Shown: positions 20,068 through 29,848 of the stretch, one piece after another
Position numbering within the stretch: position 1 is the stretch's first letter
How the letters are laid out: every line of letters starts with the position of its first letter
Assembly (NCBI GenBank): GCA_038897215.1
Contig: JAWAWX010000001.1
Span: forward strand, 32,001 to 96,000
Origin: Acidilobaceae archaeon
GTDB taxonomy: Archaea > Thermoproteota > Thermoprotei_A > Sulfolobales > Acidilobaceae
Reading direction: 5' to 3'
Length of the DNA: 64,000 nt
The notes under the pieces: generated by a model
Database searches by the model: none
What the model was told of the DNA's origin: nothing
Seen by the model: only the letters and a program-made list of their open reading frames with translations
Made by a program: the position numbers and the translations under genes

Positions 20068-20313
20068 GTGTGGGAGAAGCTAGTGGCTCTGGGCATCTTG
20101 TTGATATTCTTGGGGGTTGCTTTAGTATTCGCTGGCACCTTCATGGCGATAGTTAGCAGAGAGGGTCTTGGGAGAGTAGAGGGAGGAGGAATAGTGATGA
20201 TCGGACCAATACCGATCATCATCGCTACATCACCAGTCATAGCTATAGCACTCATAGTACTAGCCTTAGTCTTGATGGTAGCGGCTTTCATCCTCTTCAG
20301 AAGCCAGCAGTGA
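20068..20313 (+). CDS. DUF131/TIGR00304 family membrane protein
   Basis: EGGGIVMIGPIPII between two TM helices. Confidence 0.88.
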   Translation: MWEKLVALGILLIFLGVALVFAGTFMAIVSREGLGRVEGGGIVMIGPIPIIIATSPVIAIALIVLALVLMVAAFILFRSQQ

Positions 20314-20398
20314 GGGTAGTAGCACGAGGGGGTCGTAGTCTACTCTAAGAAGCCTGGTCTACGAGATAGGCTGGAGCCTCGGAGCATGGAGCGAGCCG

Positions 20399-20575
20399 TT
20401 ACTCTCTTATCATTGTTGCGAACGTCTCAACAATGTTGTTGAATCTCTCTTCCAGCTCTTGAACGTACTGCTCGTACCTCTCTCTGATCTTCGCTTGTCT
20501 AGCGCGAAGGCTTTCCTCCGCCTTCTTCCTAAGCGATGCCAGAGCCTTCTCGTAGAGCGATTTATCTAAGCTCAA
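20399..20575 (-). CDS. small coiled-coil protein
   Basis: TTG 20575, 58 aa, charged amphipathic helix; the longer start in the ORF track overlaps the divergent gene. Confidence 0.55.
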   Translation of the reverse strand: MSLDKSLYEKALASLRKKAEESLRARQAKIRERYEQYVQELEERFNNIVETFATMIRE

Positions 20576-20711
20576 TCTAGTGCACCCCTCTCTCTTCCCG
20601 CTCCTAGAGCTTATCTTGTTTCCTAGAGCGGGAGGAGCCTGTCTCAGTCGAGCACAATTTAGGCTACTAGGCGAGCACGCGGTTTCCCCTGGGGGAGCGG
20701 TATTGTGGTGG

Positions 20712-21839
20712 ATGAGGCTAGTGGTTGCAGCTTCTCTAGCCACGAGTCTCTGGATGTACGTTGAGTTCAAAGTCCTAGACTCCTACGTGCTCTCTCGGAG
20801 TCTGCTCTCGGAGACCGGCTTCTTCGCTGTGGTCAGCTTAGTCGCTCTCGGCTTGGCTAAGTTCGCGATACTCCGCTTCTTCTTCTCTAGAGCTCGTAGA
20901 GCGAGAGCTCTGAGCATATCCTCAGCCATCCTAGCTCTCCTAGCTCTCACATCACTGCTCCTAATGCTGGGAGACGTGGAGAGCGAGCACAGCCTCCTTC
21001 TCTTATACGCTTTCTCATCTCTAGCTCAGGCGCTCATAATGCCCGCTCTTTTCACCACGATACTAGAGGGGGTAGATGTCGGTGAGTGGGCTAAAGCGAT
21101 CGCTGCTTTCTACGCGCTCGTCAGCTCGGGAGTCTTGCTTCTCGCTCTAGCATCCTCCCTCTTTTCTCCTCTCTTGTTTACAGCAGTCTTGGCTATAGCG
21201 TGTTCAGCATTGATACTATCATCCTCTAGTCTCGTAGCGACACCCCCCGTACCGTCTAGTAGCATTAAAACCATCTCGCTTTTCCTCGAGGGTCTCGATT
21301 ACGTCATGGAGGGTGGGAGACCCGAGGTTTTCAGCGAGCGCCGCGTCTACCTGGAGACTCTGAAGTTCTCTATAGTGATCGCGGCTATGGCATCGCTCAG
21401 GATTACAGTGCTATCCTCCATCCCGGCTTCGGATAAACACTTAGCCATAGCCTTCTTCTCACTAGGCTCTCTCCTAGGCTCTATAGCGTCATCACTGATA
21501 ACAGGCTTCCTCCCCGCGTACGTCACCGCTCTCTCAGCGCTAGTAGCGAGCTACACTGGGCTTATCTCATCACACAGCTCTCTAGTCCAGCTCCTCTTAG
21601 TAGGAGCAGCCATGATGCTCGCTCAGATAGCTTTGGTCGAGTTCGTGCTAGATAAGAGACCACGCGAGACTCTAAGAGTACTCGCTATCACCTCATGGCT
21701 CACCATAGCGGCTACAGCGCTATCAACACTCTTGATCACAAACTATGGGGTAGTAGCTCTACTCCTAGCTACCTCCACAGCTCCGCTCGCCATCACGCTA
21801 CTCGGAGCTAGGAGGAGAGAGCTTGAGAGAAGCTACTAG
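20712..21839 (+). CDS. polytopic membrane protein (MFS-like)
   Basis: Two bundles of hydrophobic helices around a central loop. Confidence 0.7.
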   Translation: MRLVVAASLATSLWMYVEFKVLDSYVLSRSLLSETGFFAVVSLVALGLAKFAILRFFFSRARRARALSISSAILALLALTSLLLMLGDVESEHSLLLLYAFSSLAQALIMPALFTTILEGVDVGEWAKAIAAFYALVSSGVLLLALASSLFSPLLFTAVLAIACSALILSSSSLVATPPVPSSSIKTISLFLEGLDYVMEGGRPEVFSERRVYLETLKFSIVIAAMASLRITVLSSIPASDKHLAIAFFSLGSLLGSIASSLITGFLPAYVTALSALVASYTGLISSHSSLVQLLLVGAAMMLAQIALVEFVLDKRPRETLRVLAITSWLTIAATALSTLLITNYGVVALLLATSTAPLAITLLGARRRELERSY

Positions 21840-21844
21840 TCGAG

Positions 21845-21932
21845 TGGTGCGGGGGGTGGGATTTGAACCCACGCAGGCCTACGCCATCGGGTCCTAAGCC
21901 CGACCCCTTTGACCAGGCTCGGGCACCCCCGC
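21845..21932 (-). tRNA. tRNA-Leu(TAG), CCA encoded
   Basis: GCGGGGG acceptor stem, TCGGG-CTTAGGA-CCCGA anticodon arm, long variable arm. Confidence 0.97.
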
Positions 21933-22039
21933 TCGCTCGCTTACCTACTTCAGTCAGCAGTACAGTAGACCACTAAGCCAAATAAGGCTTTAAAGATTTC
22001 AGCGACAAAGTCTTGTCTCGTCTGGACTCGGTGGGGGGC

Positions 22040-23413
22040 TTGGGTGTAATCGATATACTTGCTAGAGCGAGCGAGCTACTGCCTTCAGTAGAGAAGCCTA
22101 AGCAAAGGCCTACTCTAGACAGGAGGCTGCTCATGACTGGGATCGTTTTAGTGATATACTTCATCCTAGCCAACATACCTCTCTACGGGATACCTAGAGT
22201 TGGAGATGGAGTTCAGCAGATCCACCTCTTGAGGATCATATTCGCGAGCTCTCACGGGACTCTCATGGAGCTAGGGATAGGCCCGATAGTCACTGCCGGC
22301 CTCATACTCCAGATCCTCGTTGGAGCTAAGCTGATAAACCTGGATCTAACGAACCCCGAGGATAGGAAGAAGTTCACGGGAGCCATGAAGACTCTAGCCA
22401 TAGTCTTCGCCGTAGTGCAGGCGGTAGGGCTGGTAGCGAGCAGAACCTACTGGATAGGGACCGGGATAGTTCCAAGCTATCCTCAAATGCTCATAGTGAT
22501 GCTTCAACTAGTGGCAGGCGCAATCCTAGTAATTCTCTTCGACGAGTTGCTCCAAAAGGGGTGGGGTATAGGTAGCGCTATAAGCTTATTCATTCTAGCA
22601 GGCGTGGCTCACACAGTGTTCTGGCAGATCTTCGGGTTCGTCTCGACAGAGGGAGGCATTATATACTACGGCGTGATCCCAGCTCTAGTCACGGAGAGGA
22701 GCCTAACGGTTCTCGCTAGACCCGGAGGCTACCCCGATGTCACTGGACTTCTAGCCACCATACTGCTACTCGTTATCCTCGTATACCTCCAGGGAACCAA
22801 GATAGAGATTCCGGTAGCAGTAGGGAGATTCGCTGGCTTGAAGAGTAGAGTGCCTCTACAGCTGATCTACGTGACCAACATACCCATCCTCCTAGTAGGC
22901 ATAATAGTCGCTGACCTCCAGCTCATAGAAGGCATAGTGAGCAACCTCTGGCCAGCTAGCCCCGTCTCGGAGGCTCTGAGAACACTGATATACTACGTGA
23001 GCCCGCCACACGGAATCATAGCGGCTGTATCCGACCCCGTTAGAGTAGTCACATTCGCTGTAAGCTGGACCATAATGGCTGTCGCTCTCGGCTTCATGTG
23101 GGTAGAGGTCTCGGGCTTGAATCCGCGATCTCAAGCAGAGACTCTTGTGAAGAGCGGGCTAGAGATACCCGGGGTTAGGAGGAACGTGAGAGTCTTAGAG
23201 GAGCTTCTAGCAGAGTACATCTACCCGTTAACGCTGCTATCTAGCTTGATAGTAGTCTCTATTGTGATACTCGGCGATACTCTAGGATGCTACGGCTCCG
23301 CTACAGGACTCCTCCTCTCAGCTGGGATAATCCAGCAGTACTACGCCATAATAGTGAGAGATAGAGCTCTCGAGATGTACCCAGTTCTCAGAAGACTCCT
23401 GGGTGAGGAGTAG
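22040..23413 (+). CDS. secY: preprotein translocase SecY
   Basis: GTLMELGIGPIVTAG, KGWGIGSAISLFI, YVTNIP; TTG start after SD. Confidence 0.97.
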   Translation: MGVIDILARASELLPSVEKPKQRPTLDRRLLMTGIVLVIYFILANIPLYGIPRVGDGVQQIHLLRIIFASSHGTLMELGIGPIVTAGLILQILVGAKLINLDLTNPEDRKKFTGAMKTLAIVFAVVQAVGLVASRTYWIGTGIVPSYPQMLIVMLQLVAGAILVILFDELLQKGWGIGSAISLFILAGVAHTVFWQIFGFVSTEGGIIYYGVIPALVTERSLTVLARPGGYPDVTGLLATILLLVILVYLQGTKIEIPVAVGRFAGLKSRVPLQLIYVTNIPILLVGIIVADLQLIEGIVSNLWPASPVSEALRTLIYYVSPPHGIIAAVSDPVRVVTFAVSWTIMAVALGFMWVEVSGLNPRSQAETLVKSGLEIPGVRRNVRVLEELLAEYIYPLTLLSSLIVVSIVILGDTLGCYGSATGLLLSAGIIQQYYAIIVRDRALEMYPVLRRLLGEE

Positions 23414-24039
23414 TGAGTGAGCAGAGCCCGCGCAGAAACCCCTTCAAGGTAGTAGTGGTCATCGGAGTCCCCGGAGTCGGGAAGACGACAGTACTGAAGC
23501 ATCTAAGCGAGCTAGCTAGCAGCGCTGGAGTCAAGCTGAAGATCGTTAACTTCGGTGATTACATGCTATCGAAAGCGCTAGAGCTGAAGATAGTAGGTAA
23601 TAGAGACGAGCTGAGGAGACTGCCTCTCAGAAGACAGCTAGAGCTTCAAGCCTTCGCAGCTCAAGAGATAATCGAGGAGGCACGGAGAGAGCTCGACGCA
23701 GACTCTGTTCTCCTCATAGACACTCACGCGTTGATAAGAACTCCTAGAGGCTACCTGCCGGGTCTGCCTCGCCACGTCGTCGAGAAGCTGAGCCCCGATG
23801 CTATAGTGTTGATTGAAGCAGACCCCGAGGAGGTCCTAGCTCGCCAGCAGAGAGACAAGACGAGGTATAGAGCGGACTTCGGGGGAGTAGAGGGCATAAG
23901 GATGCTGATGGAGCACGCGAGAATCTCCGCTTTCTCGAGCGCTACTCTAACAGCGTCGATAGTAGCCATAGTGAACAACAGGGAAGGCTCTCCAGAAGAA
24001 GCCGCTAGAAGCATCCTCCAGATACTGGAGGGCTTATAG
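23413..24039 (+). CDS. adkA: archaeal adenylate kinase
   Basis: GVPGVGKTT, NFGDYM, DTH, GYLPGLP; follows secY. Confidence 0.95.
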   Translation: MSEQSPRRNPFKVVVVIGVPGVGKTTVLKHLSELASSAGVKLKIVNFGDYMLSKALELKIVGNRDELRRLPLRRQLELQAFAAQEIIEEARRELDADSVLLIDTHALIRTPRGYLPGLPRHVVEKLSPDAIVLIEADPEEVLARQQRDKTRYRADFGGVEGIRMLMEHARISAFSSATLTASIVAIVNNREGSPEEAARSILQILEGL

Positions 24040-24040
24040 A

Positions 24041-24478
24041 GTGGGGTTCACCGCGCTACTCGTGGCTCTAGTCTCGCTCACATCAATCCTAGCTGTTCTC
24101 GCTCTATACTCGAGGATATTCAAGCCCGAGGACTTAGCTCAAGCGCAACTAGTTGTGGCCAGCTATAGAGACATAGGGGACTCTGCTAGAGACAAGAGGT
24201 CTCAGAGAAGGATTAAATCCAGGTCTCTGGAGTACTCTAGGTCGGTCTCTCTACTACGTAGAGCTCTCCTAGCCAAGCTCCTCATGGTTCTAACAGTCTA
24301 CTCGATCCTACTCCTCGCTTACACGCTACTCCTAGCTCCATTCGTCAAAGCCCCATTCACAATACCCCTCTTCACCGTCATGACGGAAGAGGGGCCTCAG
24401 GTCAGCACAGCTATAGTGCACTTTCTCGTATTCGTGCTAGCTATACTAGCGTTTAGAGAAACTCCTAGAAGAGCGTAG
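24041..24478 (+). CDS. DUF106/EMC3-TMCO1-like membrane protein
   Basis: TM-coiled coil-TM-TM layout at the conserved position between adk and rpl34e. Confidence 0.65.
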   Translation: MGFTALLVALVSLTSILAVLALYSRIFKPEDLAQAQLVVASYRDIGDSARDKRSQRRIKSRSLEYSRSVSLLRRALLAKLLMVLTVYSILLLAYTLLLAPFVKAPFTIPLFTVMTEEGPQVSTAIVHFLVFVLAILAFRETPRRA

Positions 24479-24546
24479 CCCGAGGGGCTTGAGACAAGTC
24501 AACGTTTTTAAGCCGCAGCACTCCGGCTACGCTGGGGGCTCGAGTC

Positions 24547-24825
24547 ATGGTAAGACCTAAGCTGAGGACGAGGAGCTTTAGGAGAGTCAAGAGGAGAACC
24601 CCCGGTGGGTTCACGGTAGTACACTATGAGAAGAGGAAGCCTGGAGTAGCTGTATGCAGTAGATGCGGTAAGCCCCTAGGGGGAGTGCCTAGGCTGAGGT
24701 CATCGGGGCTCAGGAGTCTTAGTAAGAGCAAGAAGAGACCGAATAGACCCTACGGTGGGGTCTTGTGCTCATCGTGTCTAGCGGAGCTGATATCAGCGTC
24801 TGTGATAAAACAGGCCCAGTCGTAG
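24547..24825 (+). CDS. rpl34e: 50S ribosomal protein L34e
   Basis: [26 protein letters not shown]. Confidence 0.97.
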   Translation: MVRPKLRTRSFRRVKRRTPGGFTVVHYEKRKPGVAVCSRCGKPLGGVPRLRSSGLRSLSKSKKRPNRPYGGVLCSSCLAELISASVIKQAQS

Positions 24826-25397
24826 TAGTTGCTGGGCCTCCTGGCTCAGGTAAATCGACTTATGCTCGAAGACTTTCAGCAGACCTAAACCTCAGATACT
24901 TCACTACAGGCGAGATCTTCAGAGCTCTCGCTACCGAGAGAGGGCTGAGTCTAGTAGAGCTCAACGAGATAGCTGAGAGAGACCCCGGGATAGACTACGA
25001 GATCGAGAAGAGGACTCTTCGAGAAGCGTGTAGAGGAGGCGTAGTGATAGACAGCCATCTAGCGGCATGGCTTTTGAGAGAGGTAGCAGACGTGACAGTA
25101 TACGTTAAAGCAGACCTAGCTACACGAGCTAGCAGGATAGCGGTTAGAGATGGGAGAAGAGTAGAGGAGTCGCTAGACGAGATCCTCTCTAGAGAGGAGA
25201 GTCACTGGAGACGATTCCTGAGATACTACGGCATCGATATAACGGACGTCTCTCACTTCGACCTAGTGGTAGACACTACAGGTCTCAGCATCGAGGAAGC
25301 CTACCGGATAATATACGAGCTAGTGGTAGCAAAGCTTGCTAAGAAGCGTGAAGCCAGTAGCCAGGATAACCCTTATAAGAGTAGTGCTCTAGACTGA
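24765..25397 (+). CDS. cmk: cytidylate kinase
   Basis: [28 protein letters not shown]. Confidence 0.93.
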   Translation: MLIVSSGADISVCDKTGPVVVVAGPPGSGKSTYARRLSADLNLRYFTTGEIFRALATERGLSLVELNEIAERDPGIDYEIEKRTLREACRGGVVIDSHLAAWLLREVADVTVYVKADLATRASRIAVRDGRRVEESLDEILSREESHWRRFLRYYGIDITDVSHFDLVVDTTGLSIEEAYRIIYELVVAKLAKKREASSQDNPYKSSALD

Positions 25398-25418
25398 GAG
25401 CTATAGAGGTGTAGAAAG

Positions 25419-25709
25419 ATGCCCCTGATAGAAGTTGGGAGGATATGCGTCAAGACGAGAGGCAGAGAGGCTGGAAGAAAGTGCGTCATAGTCGACATAG
25501 TGGACAGCAACTTCGTGTTAGTCACGGGACCTAAGAGCATTAGCGGAGTCAAGAGGAGGAAGTGCAACATCAGCCACTTAGAACCACTAGATAAGAAGAT
25601 AAGCATAACGAAGGGAGCTAGCGACGAGGAGGTAGAGAAGGCTTTAAGAGAGGTGGGCCTACTCGAGTTCATGAGAGAAAGAGTGAAGCCGCTAGTAAAA
25701 ACTACATGA
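25419..25709 (+). CDS. rpl14e: 50S ribosomal protein L14e
   Basis: [23 protein letters not shown]. Confidence 0.97.
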   Translation: MPLIEVGRICVKTRGREAGRKCVIVDIVDSNFVLVTGPKSISGVKRRKCNISHLEPLDKKISITKGASDEEVEKALREVGLLEFMRERVKPLVKTT

Positions 25710-25762
25710 TTTCCATTACGAGCTTCAAAGCTCTTCATATTCTTAGTAGGTGAGGCTTCAGA

Positions 25763-26828
25763 ATGGATGTAACTAGAGCAGGAGTAGACTTCATTAAGAG
25801 TCTCTCGAACACTTGTGGATTCGAGGAGAAGCTCTACGTCAAGGTAGACGAGCCAACGAGCGAGAAATACGGGTGGCTCCCGACACAGAGACCTATACGC
25901 AAGTACATAGAGTATGGGATGATACCGCTAGATAAGCCTCCAGGACCCACGAGCCATGAGGTAGTAGCGTGGGTCAAGAGACTCCTAGACGTGAAGAAAG
26001 CAGGGCACGGGGGGACCCTAGAGCCCCCGCGGGGGGCGGGGAGACCCCAAGGTTACTGGAGTGCTACCTATCGCTCTCGAGAGAGCCACGAGGATAATAG
26101 GGCTCGTGATGCACTCCTCGAAAGAGTACGTTTGCGTAATGCAGCTCCACGGAGATGTGAGCGAGGAGGAGCTACGGAGAGTCTTCAGAGAGTTTCAGGG
26201 AGAGATATACCAGCGCCCTCCTCTCCGTAGTAGCGTTAAGAGAGCTCTGAGAGTTAGGAGAGTCCACGAGCTCGAGATACTAGAGAGAGAAGGCAGGTAT
26301 GTGCTCTTCAGAGTCTCATCAGACCCGGGGACGTACATAAGGAAGCTCTGCTGGGACATAGGGCTAGTGCTAGGAGTAGGGGCTCACATGAGGGAGCTCA
26401 GGAGGATAAGGACGGGGCCGGTTAGCGAGAAATTCGGGCTAGTCAGGCTTCAAGACCTATCCGAAGCGGTCTACCTGTGGAGAAACGAGGGGAGAGAGGA
26501 GGAGCTCCGGAGAGTAGTCCGCCCCGCCGAGTACCTCGTATGCTCGTTGCCCAAGGTCGTGCTTAGAGATTCAGCCGTGGAGAGCGTGGTGAACGGAGCT
26601 AGGCTCGCTGTACCCGGGATAGCGATGGTTAGCGATAAGGTGAAGAAGGGAGACCTAGTGGCTCTCTTGACGCTCAAGGGGGAGCTTGTAGCGTTAGGGA
26701 GAGCGGTTATGAGTTCAGATGAGATACTAGCGAGTGAGCGAGGAGTAGCTGTCGAGCCGTGGAGAGTAGTCCTAGAGCCGGGGCTCTATCCGAGAATGTG
26801 GAAGAAGAGAGCGGGGACAGCGAGATAG
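25763..26828 (+). CDS. cbf5: H/ACA pseudouridine synthase Cbf5, spliced: join(25763..26021,26044..26828), 347 aa
   Basis: [11 protein letters not shown]; intron removal restores [15 protein letters not shown]; C-terminal PUA domain. Confidence 0.95.
26022..26043 (+). other. 22-nt bulge-helix-bulge intron in cbf5 pre-mRNA
   Basis: AGA bulges at 26020-22 and 26042-44; central helix CCCU/GGGG; inner stem GCCCCC/GGGGGC; interrupts the catalytic Asp codon. Confidence 0.92.
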
Positions 26829-26911
26829 CTCTCGCGAGTTCTTCTAGGAGGAACATCGGTAACTTAATTAGGTCCCAATCGCTTGGAATCACTCAGAGGG
26901 CATGATTATAG

Positions 26912-27241
26912 ATGAGCGTCTCTAAGCTAGCAGAGGCTGTCGTGTGGTTCGAAGAGCAACTTAAGGCTCTACACGAGTACAGCATAGTTAGAGCTAACGA
27001 TCTAATGAGGTACGCTGAGGAGAACATAAGAGACCTGAGAAGAGACATCGACCTAATTCTGAAAGATATCGTGGAAGAGCTCCGTAGAGAAGCAGAGAGA
27101 GTCTCGCAGAAACTCATGGAGGAGTATAGAGCAGTCTCAGACAAGAAGGTCAGAGAGCTAGAGGAGTTGATGAATAAGAACTTCGATAAAGCGGTAGAGG
27201 CGGCATTCGAGGAGGTGAAGAGGCTACTTCGAGAGGTGTAG
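26912..27241 (+). CDS. A/V-type ATP synthase stator subunit H(G)-like
   Basis: 109-aa charged helix ending NFDKAVEAAFEEV; precedes subunit C. Confidence 0.65.
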   Translation: MSVSKLAEAVVWFEEQLKALHEYSIVRANDLMRYAEENIRDLRRDIDLILKDIVEELRREAERVSQKLMEEYRAVSDKKVRELEELMNKNFDKAVEAAFEEVKRLLREV

Positions 27242-27244
27242 TTT

Positions 27245-28297
27245 TTGAGAATACAGCTACCGTGGGTTGTCCCGCTAGACTACGCTAAGCCGATAGTCGT
27301 TGCGAGAGCTCTGAAAGCACGCTTGCTTAGACCCGAGGTGCTTAGAGAGCTAGCTCTAGCCAAGGATTTCGATGAAGCTGTCTCGGTTCTCGGAGAATCT
27401 CTCTACCCCGAGGCTAGAGAGGCAAAGAATCTACTCCAAGCCCAGATGGCTGTGTGGCGCGGCTACTTCAGGAGCGTGTATAAGCTAGCGCAAGCGTGCC
27501 CCCAGCATTTGAGAGAAGTGGCTCTACTCTTTGCTAGAGAGGAGGAGCTCAAAGACTTAATGATCATCGCTCACAAGGTGAGATACAGGCTTCCACTACA
27601 GGAGAGGCTACCATCCATGTTCTACGAGACTCTAGCCTACTCGCTCTCAAGAGAGCCCGAGAAGCTACTCTCGATTGACTCCCTTCTAGACGCTATCAGA
27701 GACACGTGGGCTCACTCCTATCTCGCTGAAGCTCTATCTCTCGTAGAGGAGCACCGCATCGAAACTCCTCTCTACACTCTCTCAGCTCTCTACACAGTCA
27801 GGATGTATAGCGAGACTCTAGAGCCTCTCAGCTCTCTAGACTTGAGAGATCTCGAGGTCATCGTGTGCCCGAAGCTAGAGCCTCTCCTCTTCTCCGGTCT
27901 CATTCACAGCAAAGCCTACGGGATTCCCGTAGACGCAGTCAAGGCTATCCTCAAACCCTTGAGCATATGCGGGTGGAGAGTCGGCGACCTCGTAGAAGCC
28001 TACAGCAGAGCTCTAGACTTCAGAGTCCTGGCTGAAGAGCTCAGCAAAAGCATGGGGGTTAGAGTAGTAGGAGAGACTCTAGACGAGGTGCTAGCAAGCA
28101 TACTGATAGGGGGAGGCAGAAGGCTCAGGAGGATCGCGTATAAGGTGATGGCGGGAGACCCCTATAGACCAGCCTTCATCATAGCTCCTCTAGCTCTACT
28201 GAAGCTAGAGGTAGAGGATGTTCTCCTCATACTCGCATCCAAAGTGTACAAAGTGAAGCCCGAAGACCTCATCAACAGGCTCAGCATAGAGATCTAG
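27245..28297 (+). CDS. atpC: A/V-type ATP synthase subunit C (V0D/AC39 family)
   Basis: YA..RALKARLL N-terminus; LKLEVEDV C-terminus; 350 aa. Confidence 0.8.
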   Translation: MRIQLPWVVPLDYAKPIVVARALKARLLRPEVLRELALAKDFDEAVSVLGESLYPEAREAKNLLQAQMAVWRGYFRSVYKLAQACPQHLREVALLFAREEELKDLMIIAHKVRYRLPLQERLPSMFYETLAYSLSREPEKLLSIDSLLDAIRDTWAHSYLAEALSLVEEHRIETPLYTLSALYTVRMYSETLEPLSSLDLRDLEVIVCPKLEPLLFSGLIHSKAYGIPVDAVKAILKPLSICGWRVGDLVEAYSRALDFRVLAEELSKSMGVRVVGETLDEVLASILIGGGRRLRRIAYKVMAGDPYRPAFIIAPLALLKLEVEDVLLILASKVYKVKPEDLINRLSIEI

Positions 28298-28309
28298 CAA
28301 GGGTCCGAG

Positions 28310-28753
28310 ATGCGCCTCTACCTCTTGAGCATAAAGCCGAAATACGCTAAAGCCATACTCTCGGGGAAGAAGAAGGTAGAGCTCAGGAGACTAAGGGGCC
28401 TCAAGCCTCCCCCGCCTGGAGCGGTAATGGTTATGTATGCTAGCGGCAATGTCCAGAAGATAGTCGGGGAATTCGAGGTAGATAAGGTCGAGGTAGGAAC
28501 TCCTGAGAGAATCTGGGCTCTAGTCTACGGAGAGCGCGCGGGCGTAGGCTCTGATGCGTGGAGATACGTGAGGGGGCCTTGGAGAGTTGCCGCTATATGG
28601 GTCAAGAGATCTCTAGAGTATAGTGTTAAGATTAGTCTCGAAGACATCAGGAGGATTATCCCGGAGTGGCTACCCCCATATAGCTACGAGGAGCTAGAAG
28701 AAGGAGACCTACTCCTAGAACTCATAATCAAGCCTCTTCGCGGCAAGCTATAG
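28310..28753 (+). CDS. ASCH/PUA-like domain protein
   Basis: LLSIKPKYAKAILSGKKKVELRR..MYAS..IVGEF. Confidence 0.88.
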   Translation: MRLYLLSIKPKYAKAILSGKKKVELRRLRGLKPPPPGAVMVMYASGNVQKIVGEFEVDKVEVGTPERIWALVYGERAGVGSDAWRYVRGPWRVAAIWVKRSLEYSVKISLEDIRRIIPEWLPPYSYEELEEGDLLLELIIKPLRGKL

Positions 28754-28774
28754 CCTTCTCGCTCTAGGAGAGTT

Positions 28775-29848
28775 CTAGTACTCGTCTAGCTCGTCGTACT
28801 CTCCTCTCTCCGGCTCTCTGGTCTCGAGACCCTCAGGGCACCCCTCTCCTAGCCTTATCGGCTTATCGAGACTGCTTAGTAGCACTACTCTGCTAGCTCT
28901 ACTCTCCCCCAGGATCCTGAGCCCTGTGGCTTGCGATAGTTTTCTAGCGAACTCCAAGACCTGCTCGTGCTCCGGCATTGCCTGAGTAGGTAGCCTGTTC
29001 TTGCTAGCTCCGAGCCACATGTATGCTTTGACCTCGACGTAGGTGGGCTCAGCTAGGCTGATCAGTTTAGCGAATCCTCGTACAGCAGCCTCGCTATCGT
29101 TGACTCCTCTTATCAGAGTTATTCTTATTACAGTGGGCGAGCTGAAGCTAGGTAGGAGCGAGAGAGTCTCGAGTGTGAGCTCCCAAGCGCGCGGAACGAG
29201 CGGATTACTTAGCTTCTCATAGCTCTCCTTATCCCAAGCCTCTATGCTCACATAGAGTTGTGAAGGCTCTTCTCTCAAGTCTCCGAGCACGTCCGGCCTA
29301 ACTCCTCTAGTCACTAGGAAGCTCGTCATCCCCCTTCTGTGTATCTCTTCGAGTAGGTCGTTGAGCATAGGGTATAGTGTAGGCTCGCCTGTCAAGCTTA
29401 GAGTAACGTGGACAGGGTTCATGGCCTCCTCTACGAGCTTCGGGTCTGCTCTAGGGTGCCCCTTGTACCCGCTTATTATCCTCCTCTGCTCTCTTATAGC
29501 TAGGTCCATGATCGTCTTAGGGTCGTCTAGGAGCTCCGCAGGTATCCTGGTCTCGTCTATCTCGATACCTAGGTCTTGAGGTCTGATCCTCCAACAGTGA
29601 ATGCAGGCATTCCAGCACCAGAAAGCGGAGGGAGTCATCTGGATATCTCTATGGCTAGCGATCCCGTAGAACTTGCACTTATAGCAGAACCTCCTCTCGG
29701 TTAGAGCAGTGTGGGTCCAGTAGCACTTCTTGACGAGCGAGTGGCGGCCAGCGAAGTGGTAGCCCTGCTTTACCAGCTTCTCTACTAGCGGCATCCACTT
29801 CTCGGGTAGCTCTGCGGGTATGAGGCCCTTACCTCTCTTTTTGCTCAT
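28775..29848 (-). CDS. taw1: 4-demethylwyosine synthase (radical SAM TYW1/Taw1)
   Basis: HSLVKKCYW, CYK..FYGIASH, CxxxCxxCWR, SLTGEPTLY, EVKAYMWLG. Confidence 0.94.
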   Translation of the reverse strand: MSKKRGKGLIPAELPEKWMPLVEKLVKQGYHFAGRHSLVKKCYWTHTALTERRFCYKCKFYGIASHRDIQMTPSAFWCWNACIHCWRIRPQDLGIEIDETRIPAELLDDPKTIMDLAIREQRRIISGYKGHPRADPKLVEEAMNPVHVTLSLTGEPTLYPMLNDLLEEIHRRGMTSFLVTRGVRPDVLGDLREEPSQLYVSIEAWDKESYEKLSNPLVPRAWELTLETLSLLPSFSSPTVIRITLIRGVNDSEAAVRGFAKLISLAEPTYVEVKAYMWLGASKNRLPTQAMPEHEQVLEFARKLSQATGLRILGESRASRVVLLSSLDKPIRLGEGCPEGLETREPERGEYDELDEY

